Shown piece by piece: positions 9,223-17,807 of a stretch of DNA of 64,000 nucleotides; positions within the stretch are counted from its first letter, which is position 1; the number at the start of each line of letters is the position of its first letter. Position numbers and translations under genes: made by a program. The stretch covers positions 99,780 through 163,779 of the forward strand of contig JAZSHY010000014.1 in NCBI GenBank assembly GCA_045533505.1. Direction: 5' to 3'. Under the pieces are notes generated by a model that did no database searches, had not been told where the DNA came from, and saw only the letters and a list, made by a program, of their open reading frames with translations. Origin of the DNA: Eubacteriales bacterium. GTDB taxonomy: Bacteria; Bacillota; Clostridia; Oscillospirales; CAG-272.

Positions 9223-9762
9223 ATGGCAAAAGAACTGAAGGGAACCAAAACCGAGAAAAATCTCGCAGCTGCCTTTGCGGGAGAGAGCCAGGCAAGAAAC
9301 AAGTACACCTATTTTGCATCGGTAGCCAGAAAAGAGGGCTACGAGCAGATTGCCGCTCTCTTTGAGGCGACGGCCAACAACGAGAAGGAGCACGCCAAGC
9401 TGTGGTTCAAGGAGCTGGACGGAATCGGCGATACCGCGCAGAACCTTGCCGCCGCCGCCGAGGGCGAGAACTACGAATGGACCGACATGTACGAGACCTT
9501 TGCCCGTGAGGCAGAGGAGGAGGGCTTCACCGCCCTTGCGTGGAAGTTCCGTGCCGTGGCCGCCATTGAGAAGTCCCATGAGGAAAGATACCGCGCCCTG
9601 CTCTCCAATGTGGAAATGCAGAGAGTGTTCGAGAAGGCCGAGGAGGCCATCTGGGAATGCCGCAACTGCGGCCACCTCGTGATGGGCAAGCGCGCCCCCG
9701 AGGTCTGCCCCGTCTGCGCCCATCCGAAGTCCTTCTTCGAGGTTCGCAAGGAGAACTATTGA
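9223..9762 (+). CDS. rbr: Rubrerythrin
   Basis: 179 aa. The diiron four-helix motifs include [18 protein letters not shown] and EKEHAKLW. The C-terminal rubredoxin-like motif is CRNCGH...[12 protein letters not shown]. Confidence 0.95.
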   Translation: MAKELKGTKTEKNLAAAFAGESQARNKYTYFASVARKEGYEQIAALFEATANNEKEHAKLWFKELDGIGDTAQNLAAAAEGENYEWTDMYETFAREAEEEGFTALAWKFRAVAAIEKSHEERYRALLSNVEMQRVFEKAEEAIWECRNCGHLVMGKRAPEVCPVCAHPKSFFEVRKENY

Positions 9763-9790
9763 CAGGAGCATACGCTCCGCATACCGCAAT

Positions 9791-9820
9791 GCCCCCCGTG
9801 CTTCGGGGGGCTTTTGCTTT
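9791..9820 (+). terminator. rbr terminator
   Basis: Stem GCCCCCCG, loop TGCTT, stem CGGGGGGC, followed by TTTTGCTTTC. Confidence 0.8.
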
Positions 9821-10117
9821 CTGCGGGGGCGGATACGGAGGAAGCTTCGCAGACAAAAATTCGGCGTTTTTCACAAAGAACAGCGGCGGCAAGGGAGGCC
9901 ATACAGGGCGGGGAAGGAGGGGGCGGCAGACAGCATCCTTCTTCCGAAAATCCGTTTTCCGCAAGGCAAAAAGCACCCCTCGCCCTCGCCGCCTTGCGCG
10001 AGGGAGGGCGCCGTGGCGCGGTTGCACGGCTTTTGGTGATACTGCCGAGAAAAAAATTAAAAAGAAAAGAGAAAACACGAAAAATAGACAATAGAAACAA
10101 ATTTAAAAAGAAAAGTG

Positions 10118-10146
10118 TTGACAAAAATGTAAGATTTGAATATAAT
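10118..10146 (+). promoter_or_regulatory. Consensus promoter of the triple-repeat secreted protein gene
   Basis: TTGACA (10118-10123), 17 nt of spacer, then TATAAT (10141-10146). It is embedded in a conspicuously A/T-rich tract of roughly 110 bp. Confidence 0.6.
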
Positions 10147-10227
10147 ATAATATACATAATACACGGATACGGGTGTCGCCCGCGCTTGGCGCCGCCTCCT
10201 GTCCTGTTTTAGAAAAGGAGTATACTT

Positions 10228-13200
10228 ATGAAAAAAAGAGCTCTTTCCCTTCTTCTGCTCGTGGCTTTGGTGATAACGGCCCTGCCGCTTATCGCTCTCC
10301 CCATCGCCGCAGCAGAGCCTGCCTCTCCTCTGGAGGTCTATAACAGCCTCTATGTGCAGGAGGGCTATCAGTACGGCATTGACTTCTTCCCTCTGAACGA
10401 GCACTGGGAGGGCTATTTCGACGCCACCGCCTATCCCCCCTTTGACGAGGCGGTAATCTCGAGAGAAGCCTGGTCCCGCCAGGAGAAGGTGTGGCTTGAC
10501 CAGTTCGCCTTCCATGCCGAGGGGAACGAAACCCACATGTACACCGACAGCATGGCAGCCTCGGGCTACACTGTGGGCGCGGGCTTCCTGACCATCCGCC
10601 AGGGCGACGCCATTGGGGTAGTGTTTGAGAAATTCCCTGCGGCGCCGAGAGCCACTGCCAATGCGACGACAGCCATTACGCATCAGCTGCTTCTTAAGCA
10701 TAACACCCTCCTGAATCAGCACTCCTTTGCGCTTTCGGGTGTTTTGCTTCCCTTCTCGTCTGATGGGACGAAGTATTCATTCAACGACGCCTACAAAATA
10801 CACATGGGCCAGGGGGTGGCTGACGGAGGCCTGGGCATGGAGCCGATAAGCAACGGTAACGCCGGGAAATACGCCTCGACAGCCTCCATGAAGGTGCCCT
10901 TTGAGCTCACCACCGTGATGACCGACACCGTGAACGATGCCGCCTGCTCGTCCTCCGACGCGCCCGCTATTGCGACGCATGACACCATCAGAAACTACAC
11001 GCCTCAGGATGGGATGCTCACAGAGTATGGCGTCTTCAGCGAGGGCGGTCTTCCCTTTGACAACGCGAAGATGGTCATCGGCAAATGGTTGAACGGTGCC
11101 TCCACCCGCGGTATGGACGCGCATGTGTATGCCTACCGTTACTATGACAGAGCCCTTACCGTGGACGAAATGAAGCAGAACCACCTTGCCGACCTTGCCA
11201 AGTGGTTCCGCGTGGACACCACCTACCTCAGCATGCTGACTGCCGACCAGCTCGCCGCCCTTGCCGCCGATGCAGCGATTGTGGCCTGCGGCTTTGAGAC
11301 CGAGACGGTGGGTGACACGGGCCTGACGCCCCGTGAGTACATTGAGAATAAGGCCGAGGGCCTTGCCACGCTGGAGCTCTACAACCGCTTCTACGTGCAG
11401 GACGGCTATCAGTACGGCATTGACTTCTTCCCTCTGAACGAGCACTGGGAGGGCTATACCGCCTTCACCGCCTTCCCCGACACCGCAAGCGCGAACTGGG
11501 TGGCCGAAGAGAAGGCATGGCTTGACCAGTTTGCCTTCCATGCCGATGGCAATACGACAAGGCTCTACACCTACAAGCAAACCTCCGGGAATGCGGCGGG
11601 CTATACGCTCGGGGACGGTTACGTGACGCTCCGCACCGACCTCGCCCCCAACATCGTGCTGCTTGAAAACATGCCTGCGTTTGAAGCCGGTGACTCCGCC
11701 TCGCACCAGACACTTATCAAGCACAACACCAGGATGAACCAGTTTGGCTTTGTCTTCAACGGCCTTGCCATCGGTTATTCGGTCAGCAACGGTAACCTTT
11801 ATTCGGGCACCTCGGTCAGAACCCTTGCAAACCAATCTCTTTCGGTAGAGCCTTATGGGAGCAAGTACAGCACCTACTGCCTATCGGCTCCTATGGGCAC
11901 TCCGTTTGAATGGACGGTTGAATTCAAGGACACCCTGAACGACGATGCAATCAGCACAGGCACGTCGGGTTGGAACACCTCGATACTTCCCACTCATGAC
12001 GAAATCGCTCAGTACACTCCTCAGGCCGGACGCTTCGGCCAGCTTTACGCCTTCGGCGCCGGCGGCTTGACTTTCTCGAACGACACGCGCTTTGCCCACG
12101 GCGGTGAGGCAGACTCGCATCTGTATGCGTACCGTTACTACGACAGACTTCTCTCGCTTGAAGAGATCCGTCAGAACCACCTTGCCGACCTTATCAAGTG
12201 GTACCGCATGGATATTGAGCTGCTGTCGGTTCTTTCGGATGCGGAGCTCGCCGAGATTGCCGCTGACCCACTGGTGATTGCCTGTGCCTTCGATACTGCC
12301 GCCGTGGGTGAGACGGGCAAGTCTCCCAAGGCCTACATCGAAGCCAAGGCTGCCTCCTACCTTGCCAAGGCTGAGGCCGAGGCCTACAATGCCCTTTATG
12401 TGCAGGACGGCTACCAGTACGGCATTGACTTCTTCGCCCTGAACGAAAACTGGGCCGACTTTGTTCCCACGACCTACCCCACCTACTCGAATGACACCGC
12501 TGCCTGGTCTGCGCTTGAGAAGGCATGGCTCGACCAGTTCGCCTTCCACGCCGAGGGGAACGAAACCAAGATTCTCTCCTTTGAAAAGGACTACGAGGCC
12601 TATACGGTAGGCGCGGGCTTCCTGACCATCCGCAGCACCGACGGTATGGCGCTCGTCTTCGAGAGCTTCCCCGCGGCGCCGAGAGCCACCGATAGTGCTA
12701 CGGCAGGCATGTCGTACCAGATGCTTCTCGGTTGGCCGAGTGAAAACGCACTCTGGGGCCAGCGCTCCTTTGCCTTCGGCGGTATCTCCGTCCCGCTTTC
12801 CTCGGACGGAACGAATGTCACCCCCGCTGACAAGAACCTCCTGTGCGGATGGACGGCTGACGACGGAGCGAACCCCTCGGAGCCTTACAGGTACTCTTCC
12901 GACTACTATCATTCCGTTTCCATGAAGGCTCCCTTTGAGCTGACCACCATTCTGAAGGACACGGTAAACGACACCGCAAGCACTAACAGAGACGTCTACA
13001 AGACGCATGACGCCATCACCCATCACACCCCTCAGGACGGGCAATTCTCGGAGTACTTCTCCTCCGGTGACGGCGGCTTCCCGATGAATAACGAGACTAA
13101 CGTTATCGGCAGATGGCAGGATTACAAAACTTCCTCCCAGGCCATGCGTATGAAGCTCTACGCCTTCCGTTACTATGACAGAATGCTGAGCGCGGACGAA

Positions 13201-14001
13201 ATGAAGCAGAACCACCTTGCCGACCTTGCCAAGTGGTTCCGTGCAGACATTGACCTGCTGACAGCCCTTACCGACGAGCAGTTCGCTCAGCTTGCTGCCG
13301 ATCCGCTTGTGATTAACGTTGGCTTTGAGACGCTGACGGTGGGTGACACGGACATGACGCCCAAGGCCTACATTGAGGATAAGGCTGCCGAGATGGTTGC
13401 CGCCAACGAGGCTGCGGCCCCTGCCCTTACCTTCGCGGGCTACCAGGTCAGAATCGACACGGGCTACGCCTCCAACACCTATGCAGGCGTGCGCGCTGTC
13501 TTCGATATCGACACCGCCCTCGTTGCTGAGCTCCTTGAGACCGAGGAGGAGGTTCTCCTTTCGGTGGACATCAAGCGCGATGGCGAAGCCCGTGTGATAC
13601 TCACCATTCTCTACACGCAGGCAGGCGGCACGACTCCCGTTTCGGTCACCAAGACGGTGCTTTCGACGGGTGCCACCACCGCCTACTCCGCCGATAACAT
13701 TATCGAGCGCGAGAATGAGGCGGGCGAGACCGTGACCTCCTTCGTGTACGCCGTCACCTACCAGGGTGACACCGCCACCAAGGAGAATTACGAGATCGAA
13801 TTCTCGTATGCCTACTCTGTGGCAACGGGCTCGGGCCTCACCACCGCAGCTGCCTCTTATGCGGGACACACTCTCTCCGATGTTGTCTCTGAGACCTTCG
13901 GTGAAACGGTTTCCGCCAAGGAGCTTTACACCTACTTCGCAAATCTTCCCGAGTTCGCCGACGATACCCTTGTGAAGGGTGTTGTGGCAGCTTGCCAGTA
14001 A
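10228..14001 (+). CDS. Large secreted protein with three tandem roughly 340-aa modules (possible LamG/concanavalin-like lectin fold) and a unique C-terminal domain
   Basis: The signal peptide is MKKRALSLLLLVALVITALPLIALPIAAA/EP. Each module begins Y-N-x-[LF]-Y-V-Q-[ED]-G-Y-Q-Y-G-I-D-F-F and ends Y-A-[YF]-R-Y-Y-D-R-x-L-[ST]-x-[DE]-E-[MI]-[KR]-Q-N-H-L-A-D-L. I see no LPXTG, SLH or choline-binding anchor. Confidence 0.85.
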   Translation: MKKRALSLLLLVALVITALPLIALPIAAAEPASPLEVYNSLYVQEGYQYGIDFFPLNEHWEGYFDATAYPPFDEAVISREAWSRQEKVWLDQFAFHAEGNETHMYTDSMAASGYTVGAGFLTIRQGDAIGVVFEKFPAAPRATANATTAITHQLLLKHNTLLNQHSFALSGVLLPFSSDGTKYSFNDAYKIHMGQGVADGGLGMEPISNGNAGKYASTASMKVPFELTTVMTDTVNDAACSSSDAPAIATHDTIRNYTPQDGMLTEYGVFSEGGLPFDNAKMVIGKWLNGASTRGMDAHVYAYRYYDRALTVDEMKQNHLADLAKWFRVDTTYLSMLTADQLAALAADAAIVACGFETETVGDTGLTPREYIENKAEGLATLELYNRFYVQDGYQYGIDFFPLNEHWEGYTAFTAFPDTASANWVAEEKAWLDQFAFHADGNTTRLYTYKQTSGNAAGYTLGDGYVTLRTDLAPNIVLLENMPAFEAGDSASHQTLIKHNTRMNQFGFVFNGLAIGYSVSNGNLYSGTSVRTLANQSLSVEPYGSKYSTYCLSAPMGTPFEWTVEFKDTLNDDAISTGTSGWNTSILPTHDEIAQYTPQAGRFGQLYAFGAGGLTFSNDTRFAHGGEADSHLYAYRYYDRLLSLEEIRQNHLADLIKWYRMDIELLSVLSDAELAEIAADPLVIACAFDTAAVGETGKSPKAYIEAKAASYLAKAEAEAYNALYVQDGYQYGIDFFALNENWADFVPTTYPTYSNDTAAWSALEKAWLDQFAFHAEGNETKILSFEKDYEAYTVGAGFLTIRSTDGMALVFESFPAAPRATDSATAGMSYQMLLGWPSENALWGQRSFAFGGISVPLSSDGTNVTPADKNLLCGWTADDGANPSEPYRYSSDYYHSVSMKAPFELTTILKDTVNDTASTNRDVYKTHDAITHHTPQDGQFSEYFSSGDGGFPMNNETNVIGRWQDYKTSSQAMRMKLYAFRYYDRMLSADEMKQNHLADLAKWFRADIDLLTALTDEQFAQLAADPLVINVGFETLTVGDTDMTPKAYIEDKAAEMVAANEAAAPALTFAGYQVRIDTGYASNTYAGVRAVFDIDTALVAELLETEEEVLLSVDIKRDGEARVILTILYTQAGGTTPVSVTKTVLSTGATTAYSADNIIERENEAGETVTSFVYAVTYQGDTATKENYEIEFSYAYSVATGSGLTTAAASYAGHTLSDVVSETFGETVSAKELYTYFANLPEFADDTLVKGVVAACQ
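10333..13400 (+). repeat. Three in-frame tandem repeats of about 1.0 kb (approx. 10333-11370, 11371-12375, 12376-13400)
   Basis: The units are also similar at the DNA level. For example, GGCTATCAGTACGGCATTGACTTCTTCCCTCTGAACGAGCACTGGGAGGGCTAT occurs near 10370 and again near 11405, with a diverged third copy near 12410. Confidence 0.85.
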
Positions 14002-14032
14002 ATTCTGTTCCGCCTCCCTTCGGGGAGACAAA

Positions 14033-14067
14033 GCCTCCGCAGGGCGAAAGCCTTGCGGGGGCTTTTT
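14033..14067 (+). terminator. Terminator of the triple-repeat gene
   Basis: Stem GCCTCCGCAGGGC, loop GAAA, stem GCCTTGCGGGGGC (two G-U pairs), followed by TTTTT. Confidence 0.7.
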
Positions 14068-14179
14068 GCGTGGCCAAAAAGGAGGGGGCGGCACACCCTC
14101 GGCCAGCGGTGGCAGGCACGCGCCCGCCGAGGGGAGGCGGGCGCGTGCCGAAGGGAGGCGGGCTTTTGCGCCGAGGGGC

Positions 14180-14208
14180 TTGCGCGGGCTTTCCTTATGT
14201 GGTATACT
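14180..14208 (+). promoter_or_regulatory. Putative trmO promoter
   Basis: TTGCGC, 17 nt of spacer, then TATACT, with TG upstream of the -10 (TGGTATACT). Confidence 0.45.
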
Positions 14209-14249
14209 GGTACTGTCTTATATAATAAAGAAAAGGAAGGAGGGGCACC

Positions 14250-14942
14250 ATGCAGAAGGAGCTGACGCTGCACCCGATTGCCACCATTGAGACCGACTTC
14301 TCCGAAAAATTCGGTGTTCCGCGCCAAAGCGGGCGCGTGGAGGAGGCACTCGGGCGGATTGTCTTTTTGCCGCCCTACCGAAGCCGCGAGGCCCTGCGCG
14401 GGATTCTCGGCTTTTCACACCTTTGGCTGCTTTTTGACTTCTCGCTTTCGCACGGCTCGGGCTTCCGCCCCACGGTGCGCCCCCCGCGCCTTGGGGGAAA
14501 CCGCAGAGTCGGGGTGTTTGCCAGCCGTTCCCCCTTCCGCCCGAACCCCATCGGTCTTTCGTCGGTGCGGCTCCTGTCGGTCACCGAGAACGAGGAGGAG
14601 GGGCCCTGCCTCACCGTTGGCGGAGTGGACCTCGTTTCGGGCACGCCGATTCTCGACATCAAGCCCTATCTGCCCTTTACCGACTCGCACCCCGATGCCA
14701 CGGCGGGCTATGCCGAGGAGGGGCTCGGGCACCGTCTTTCGGTGGAGATTGCCGAGGGGCTCGACCTGCCGCTGTCTCCCCGCGAGCTCAGCCTCCTTTG
14801 CCGCATCCTCGCCGAGGACCCGCGCCCTGCCTATCAGGAGGACGCGTCTCGGCTCTACCATATCCGCCTTTTCGGGCTTGAGGTCGGCTTCCTTGTGGAG
14901 GGCGAGCGCCTCCTTGTGCAGACCTTTCGGCGCGAGGGGTAG
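14250..14942 (+). CDS. trmO: tRNA (t6A37-N6)-methyltransferase TrmO (TsaA/YaeB family)
   Basis: 230 aa. Family segments are HPIATIETDFSEKFGVPRQSG, FRPNPIGLSSVRLL and GVDLVSGTPILDIKPYLPFTDS. An SD GGAAGGAGG lies upstream. Confidence 0.85.
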   Translation: MQKELTLHPIATIETDFSEKFGVPRQSGRVEEALGRIVFLPPYRSREALRGILGFSHLWLLFDFSLSHGSGFRPTVRPPRLGGNRRVGVFASRSPFRPNPIGLSSVRLLSVTENEEEGPCLTVGGVDLVSGTPILDIKPYLPFTDSHPDATAGYAEEGLGHRLSVEIAEGLDLPLSPRELSLLCRILAEDPRPAYQEDASRLYHIRLFGLEVGFLVEGERLLVQTFRREG

Positions 14943-14958
14943 CGCACAGGGGTTTTTC

Positions 14959-14987
14959 TTGCTTTTTTCTCACGAATATGCTACAAT
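14959..14987 (+). promoter_or_regulatory. Putative coaW promoter
   Basis: TTGCTT, 17 nt of spacer, then TACAAT, with an extended -10 (TGCTACAAT). Confidence 0.5.
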
Positions 14988-15014
14988 AGGGAAAATGATA
15001 CAGGAGGCTCGGCT

Positions 15015-15848
15015 ATGGGCGTTGTAATTGGTATTGATATCGGCGGCAGCACCACGAAAATCGTGGGCTTTCTGCCCGAGGAGGGCAAGGCGAGGCTGCT
15101 TTCCCCCTTTCTGGTTTCGGCGGCTGACCCCATCACCTCGATGTACGGCGCGTTTGGCAAATTTCTCTCGGAGAACGGGCTGCCCCTTTCGGGCGTCAGC
15201 CGCGTGATGATGACGGGAGTGGGAGCCTCTTATTATAAGGAGGCCATTTACGGCCTGCCCTGCACGGGGGTTTCGGAATTCCGCGGCACGGGGCTTGGCG
15301 GCCTTTATCTTTCGGGGCTTTCGCGCGCCATAGTGGTTTCAATGGGAACAGGAACGGCCATCGTCCACGCCGAGGAGGGGCGCGAGATGGAATACCTCGG
15401 CGGCACGGGCGTGGGAGGCGGCACCCTCACGGGGCTTGCCAAGAAGCTTTTGCAGATAGAAACGCTTGAGCACCTTGACACCCTCGCCGAGGGGGGCGAC
15501 CTTTCACGGGTGGACCTCCGCATCGGCGACCTTGCGAAGACGGCGCCTGTTTCCACCATGCCGCACGACCTGACCGCCGCCAACTTCGGCAAGGTCGGCG
15601 ACCTTGCCACCAAGGAGGACCTTGCGCTCGGGCTTTTCAATATGGTGTATGAAACGATTGGCATGATGGCGATTTTCGCGGCGCGCGGGCGCGGCATCCG
15701 TGACATCGTTCTCACGGGCAATCTCGCCGTCACGCGCTATGCCGCGCTCCTCTTCCCGAGGCTTTCGGAAATCTTCGGCGTGCGCTTCACGATTCCCGAG
15801 CGGGCGCAGTTTGCCACGGTCATCGGCACCGCCCTTTGCGGCCTTTGA
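15015..15848 (+). CDS. coaW: Type II pantothenate kinase (ASKHA fold)
   Basis: 277 aa. The segments IGIDIGGSTTKIVGF, VSMGTGTAIV and YLGGTGVGGGTLTGL are present. HDLTAANFGKV matches the GDLTAANFG segment I recall from Staphylococcus type II CoaA. Confidence 0.8.
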   Translation: MGVVIGIDIGGSTTKIVGFLPEEGKARLLSPFLVSAADPITSMYGAFGKFLSENGLPLSGVSRVMMTGVGASYYKEAIYGLPCTGVSEFRGTGLGGLYLSGLSRAIVVSMGTGTAIVHAEEGREMEYLGGTGVGGGTLTGLAKKLLQIETLEHLDTLAEGGDLSRVDLRIGDLAKTAPVSTMPHDLTAANFGKVGDLATKEDLALGLFNMVYETIGMMAIFAARGRGIRDIVLTGNLAVTRYAALLFPRLSEIFGVRFTIPERAQFATVIGTALCGL

Positions 15849-15867
15849 AATTTTTTTCAAAAACCTA

Positions 15868-15896
15868 TTGTATTTTCGCGCCCCGTGTGCTATAAT
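15868..15896 (+). promoter_or_regulatory. Promoter of the rimP-nusA-infB operon
   Basis: TTGTAT, 17 nt of spacer, then TATAAT, with an extended -10 (TGCTATAAT). Confidence 0.55.
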
Positions 15897-15920
15897 GGGT
15901 ACAGTATGATGATAGGATAT

Positions 15921-15950
15921 GGGAGTGGGCGTTGCCCACTCCTACTTTTT
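15921..15950 (+). terminator. Leader terminator-like hairpin upstream of rimP (possible attenuator)
   Basis: Stem GGAGTGGGC, loop GTT, stem GCCCACTCC, followed by TACTTTTT. It lies between the promoter and the rimP SD. Confidence 0.5.
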
Positions 15951-15961
15951 GCGGAGGTTCT

Positions 15962-16414
15962 ATGAAAAAGCAAAATGTTGCCGAGGCCGTGGCCGCCCTC
16001 GTCGGGCCCACCGTTTCGGAGCTCGGATACCGCCTCTGGGACGTGGAATACGGCAAGGAGGGGGCTGACTACCACCTCACCGTCACCATTGACAGCGAGC
16101 GCGGCATTACGATTGATGACTGCGAGAGGGTGCACCGCGCCATTGACCCCATTCTTGACCTTGCCGACCCGATTGCCGACGCCTATTACCTGAACGTTTC
16201 CTCCCCCGGTGTCGAAAGGGTGCTTCGCACGCAGGAGCACTTCCGCCTGTCAATCGGCGCGCGGGTGGAGCTCCGCTTCTTCACGGCGCAGGGCGGAAGG
16301 AAGGCGGTACGGGGTACTCTCACCGCCGCCGATACGGAGGGGCTGACGCTTGACGGGAGCGAGACCTTCCCCCTCTCGGCAATTTCCAAGGTGCAAACCG
16401 TATACTTTGAATAA
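15962..16414 (+). CDS. rimP: Ribosome maturation factor RimP
   Basis: Start chosen at ATG 15962, which has SD GGAGG 6 nt upstream; the listed ORF begins at 15932. The segment VAEAVAALVGPTVSELGYRLWDVEY and the position directly upstream of nusA support the call. Confidence 0.85.
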   Translation: MKKQNVAEAVAALVGPTVSELGYRLWDVEYGKEGADYHLTVTIDSERGITIDDCERVHRAIDPILDLADPIADAYYLNVSSPGVERVLRTQEHFRLSIGARVELRFFTAQGGRKAVRGTLTAADTEGLTLDGSETFPLSAISKVQTVYFE

Positions 16415-16467
16415 CACGCACGCATATATATTATAGAAAGGAAGCTGACAGCCGTCAGCCGCACAAA

Positions 16468-17511
16468 ATGAACGCTGAATTTTACAACGCCCTCGAGGCT
16501 CTCGAAAAGGAAAAGGGGATTTCCCGTGACTACATGATGGAAAAGGTAGAGGCCGCGCTGACCAGCGCCTTCCGCCGCGAGGTGGGGGGAGAGAACGTGC
16601 GCATTGTGCTTGACCCTGTGAAGCGTGATATGCGCGTCATTCGCCTTATGACAATCGTGGAGGAGGTCACCGACCCGACCACCGAGCTCACGAGAGAGCA
16701 GGCCCTCACCGCCAAGGCCGAAAAGCGCGCCAAGGGGCGCTCCACCAAGGTCGGTGCCGTCATTGAATTTGAGCTGAACCCGAAGAACTTCCGCCGCCTC
16801 TCCGCGACGGCTGCCAAGCAGGTCATCATTCAGGCCATTCGTGAGGCCGAGCGCAACAATATGGTGCGTGAATACGAAAGCAAGAAGGAAAACGTCATTA
16901 CCGCCACGGTGGAGAAAATCGACCCCGAAAACGGTAACGCCGTTCTGAACCTCGGCACGGGCTATGCCACCCTTATGAAGGCGGAGCAGATTCCCGGCGA
17001 GGAATACACCGTCGGCCAGCGTGTGAAGGTCATTCTCACCGAGATTCACTCGGCGGAGACGCGCGGCCCCGTGGTTTCGATTTCCCGCTCGCACCCGAAC
17101 CTTCTGCGCCGTCTTTTTGAGCTTGAAATCCCCGAGGTAACCGAGGGGATTGTGGAGGTCAAGAGCGTGGCGCGCGAGGCAGGCTCCAGAGCCAAGATTG
17201 CCGTTGCCAGCAATGACCCCAACGTAGACCCCGTGGGTGCCTGCATCGGTAAGGGCGGCGTGCGTATCGCCCCCATTCTTGCCGAGCTTGCGGGCGAAAA
17301 GATTGACGTCATACATTTCAGCGAGGAGCCTGTTACCTATGTGGCCGAGGCTCTCTCCCCTGCCAAGGTGCTTTCGGTTGAGATGAGCGGTGAGCGCACC
17401 TGCCACGTCCGTGTGGCCGCTGACCAGCTCTCGCTTGCCATCGGCAAGGAGGGGCAGAACGCCAAGCTTGCCGCGCGCCTCACAGGCTTCAAAATCGACA
17501 TTAAGGCGTAA
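16468..17511 (+). CDS. nusA: Transcription termination/antitermination factor NusA
   Basis: 347 aa. The N-terminus is EFYNALEALEKEKGISRDYMMEKVEAAL. The S1 and KH regions include GACIGKGGVRI and AIGKEGQNAKLAARLTG. Confidence 0.95.
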   Translation: MNAEFYNALEALEKEKGISRDYMMEKVEAALTSAFRREVGGENVRIVLDPVKRDMRVIRLMTIVEEVTDPTTELTREQALTAKAEKRAKGRSTKVGAVIEFELNPKNFRRLSATAAKQVIIQAIREAERNNMVREYESKKENVITATVEKIDPENGNAVLNLGTGYATLMKAEQIPGEEYTVGQRVKVILTEIHSAETRGPVVSISRSHPNLLRRLFELEIPEVTEGIVEVKSVAREAGSRAKIAVASNDPNVDPVGACIGKGGVRIAPILAELAGEKIDVIHFSEEPVTYVAEALSPAKVLSVEMSGERTCHVRVAADQLSLAIGKEGQNAKLAARLTGFKIDIKA

Positions 17512-17540
17512 GCAAGAACGCCGAGGAGAGGGGGCAGACT

Positions 17541-17807
17541 ATGACACCCAAGAAAGTACCCACGCGGCGATGCCTCGGGTGCGGTGAGCATTTCCCGAAG
17601 GGCGAGCTCTCGCGCGTTGTGCGCGTGCCCTCGGGCGAAATCCGACTTGACAGAACGGGAAAGCTTGCGGGACGGGGCGCTTACCTTTGCCAAAGGGCGG
17701 AATGCCTCAGGCGGGCACGCAAGGCGCGCCGCCTTGAGCAGGCGCTTGCCTCGCCCATTTCCGAGGAGCTTTACCTGCTTCTGGAAGGAGAGCTTGACCG
17801 TGCCTGA
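17541..17807 (+). CDS. ylxR: YlxR/RnpM-family RNA-binding protein (DUF448)
   Basis: 88 aa with RRCLGCGEHFPKGELSRVVR...GRGAYLC. The position between nusA and the L7Ae-like gene is conserved. Confidence 0.85.
   Translation: MTPKKVPTRRCLGCGEHFPKGELSRVVRVPSGEIRLDRTGKLAGRGAYLCQRAECLRRARKARRLEQALASPISEELYLLLEGELDRA

Noticed and set aside
9527-10212. Several overlapping ORFs of 130-183 aa on both strands downstream of rbr
   Set aside because: They are mutually exclusive, Arg/Pro/Gly-rich, lack an SD, and partly overlap rbr antisense. The region is better described as a non-coding spacer plus the promoter region of the next gene.
11881-14094. 737-aa and 352-aa minus-strand ORFs (the latter at 10777-11835) inside the triple-repeat gene
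   Set aside because: They are antisense to a gene with a signal peptide, an SD and a coherent repeat architecture. Their translations are Gly/Arg/Val-rich with no features.
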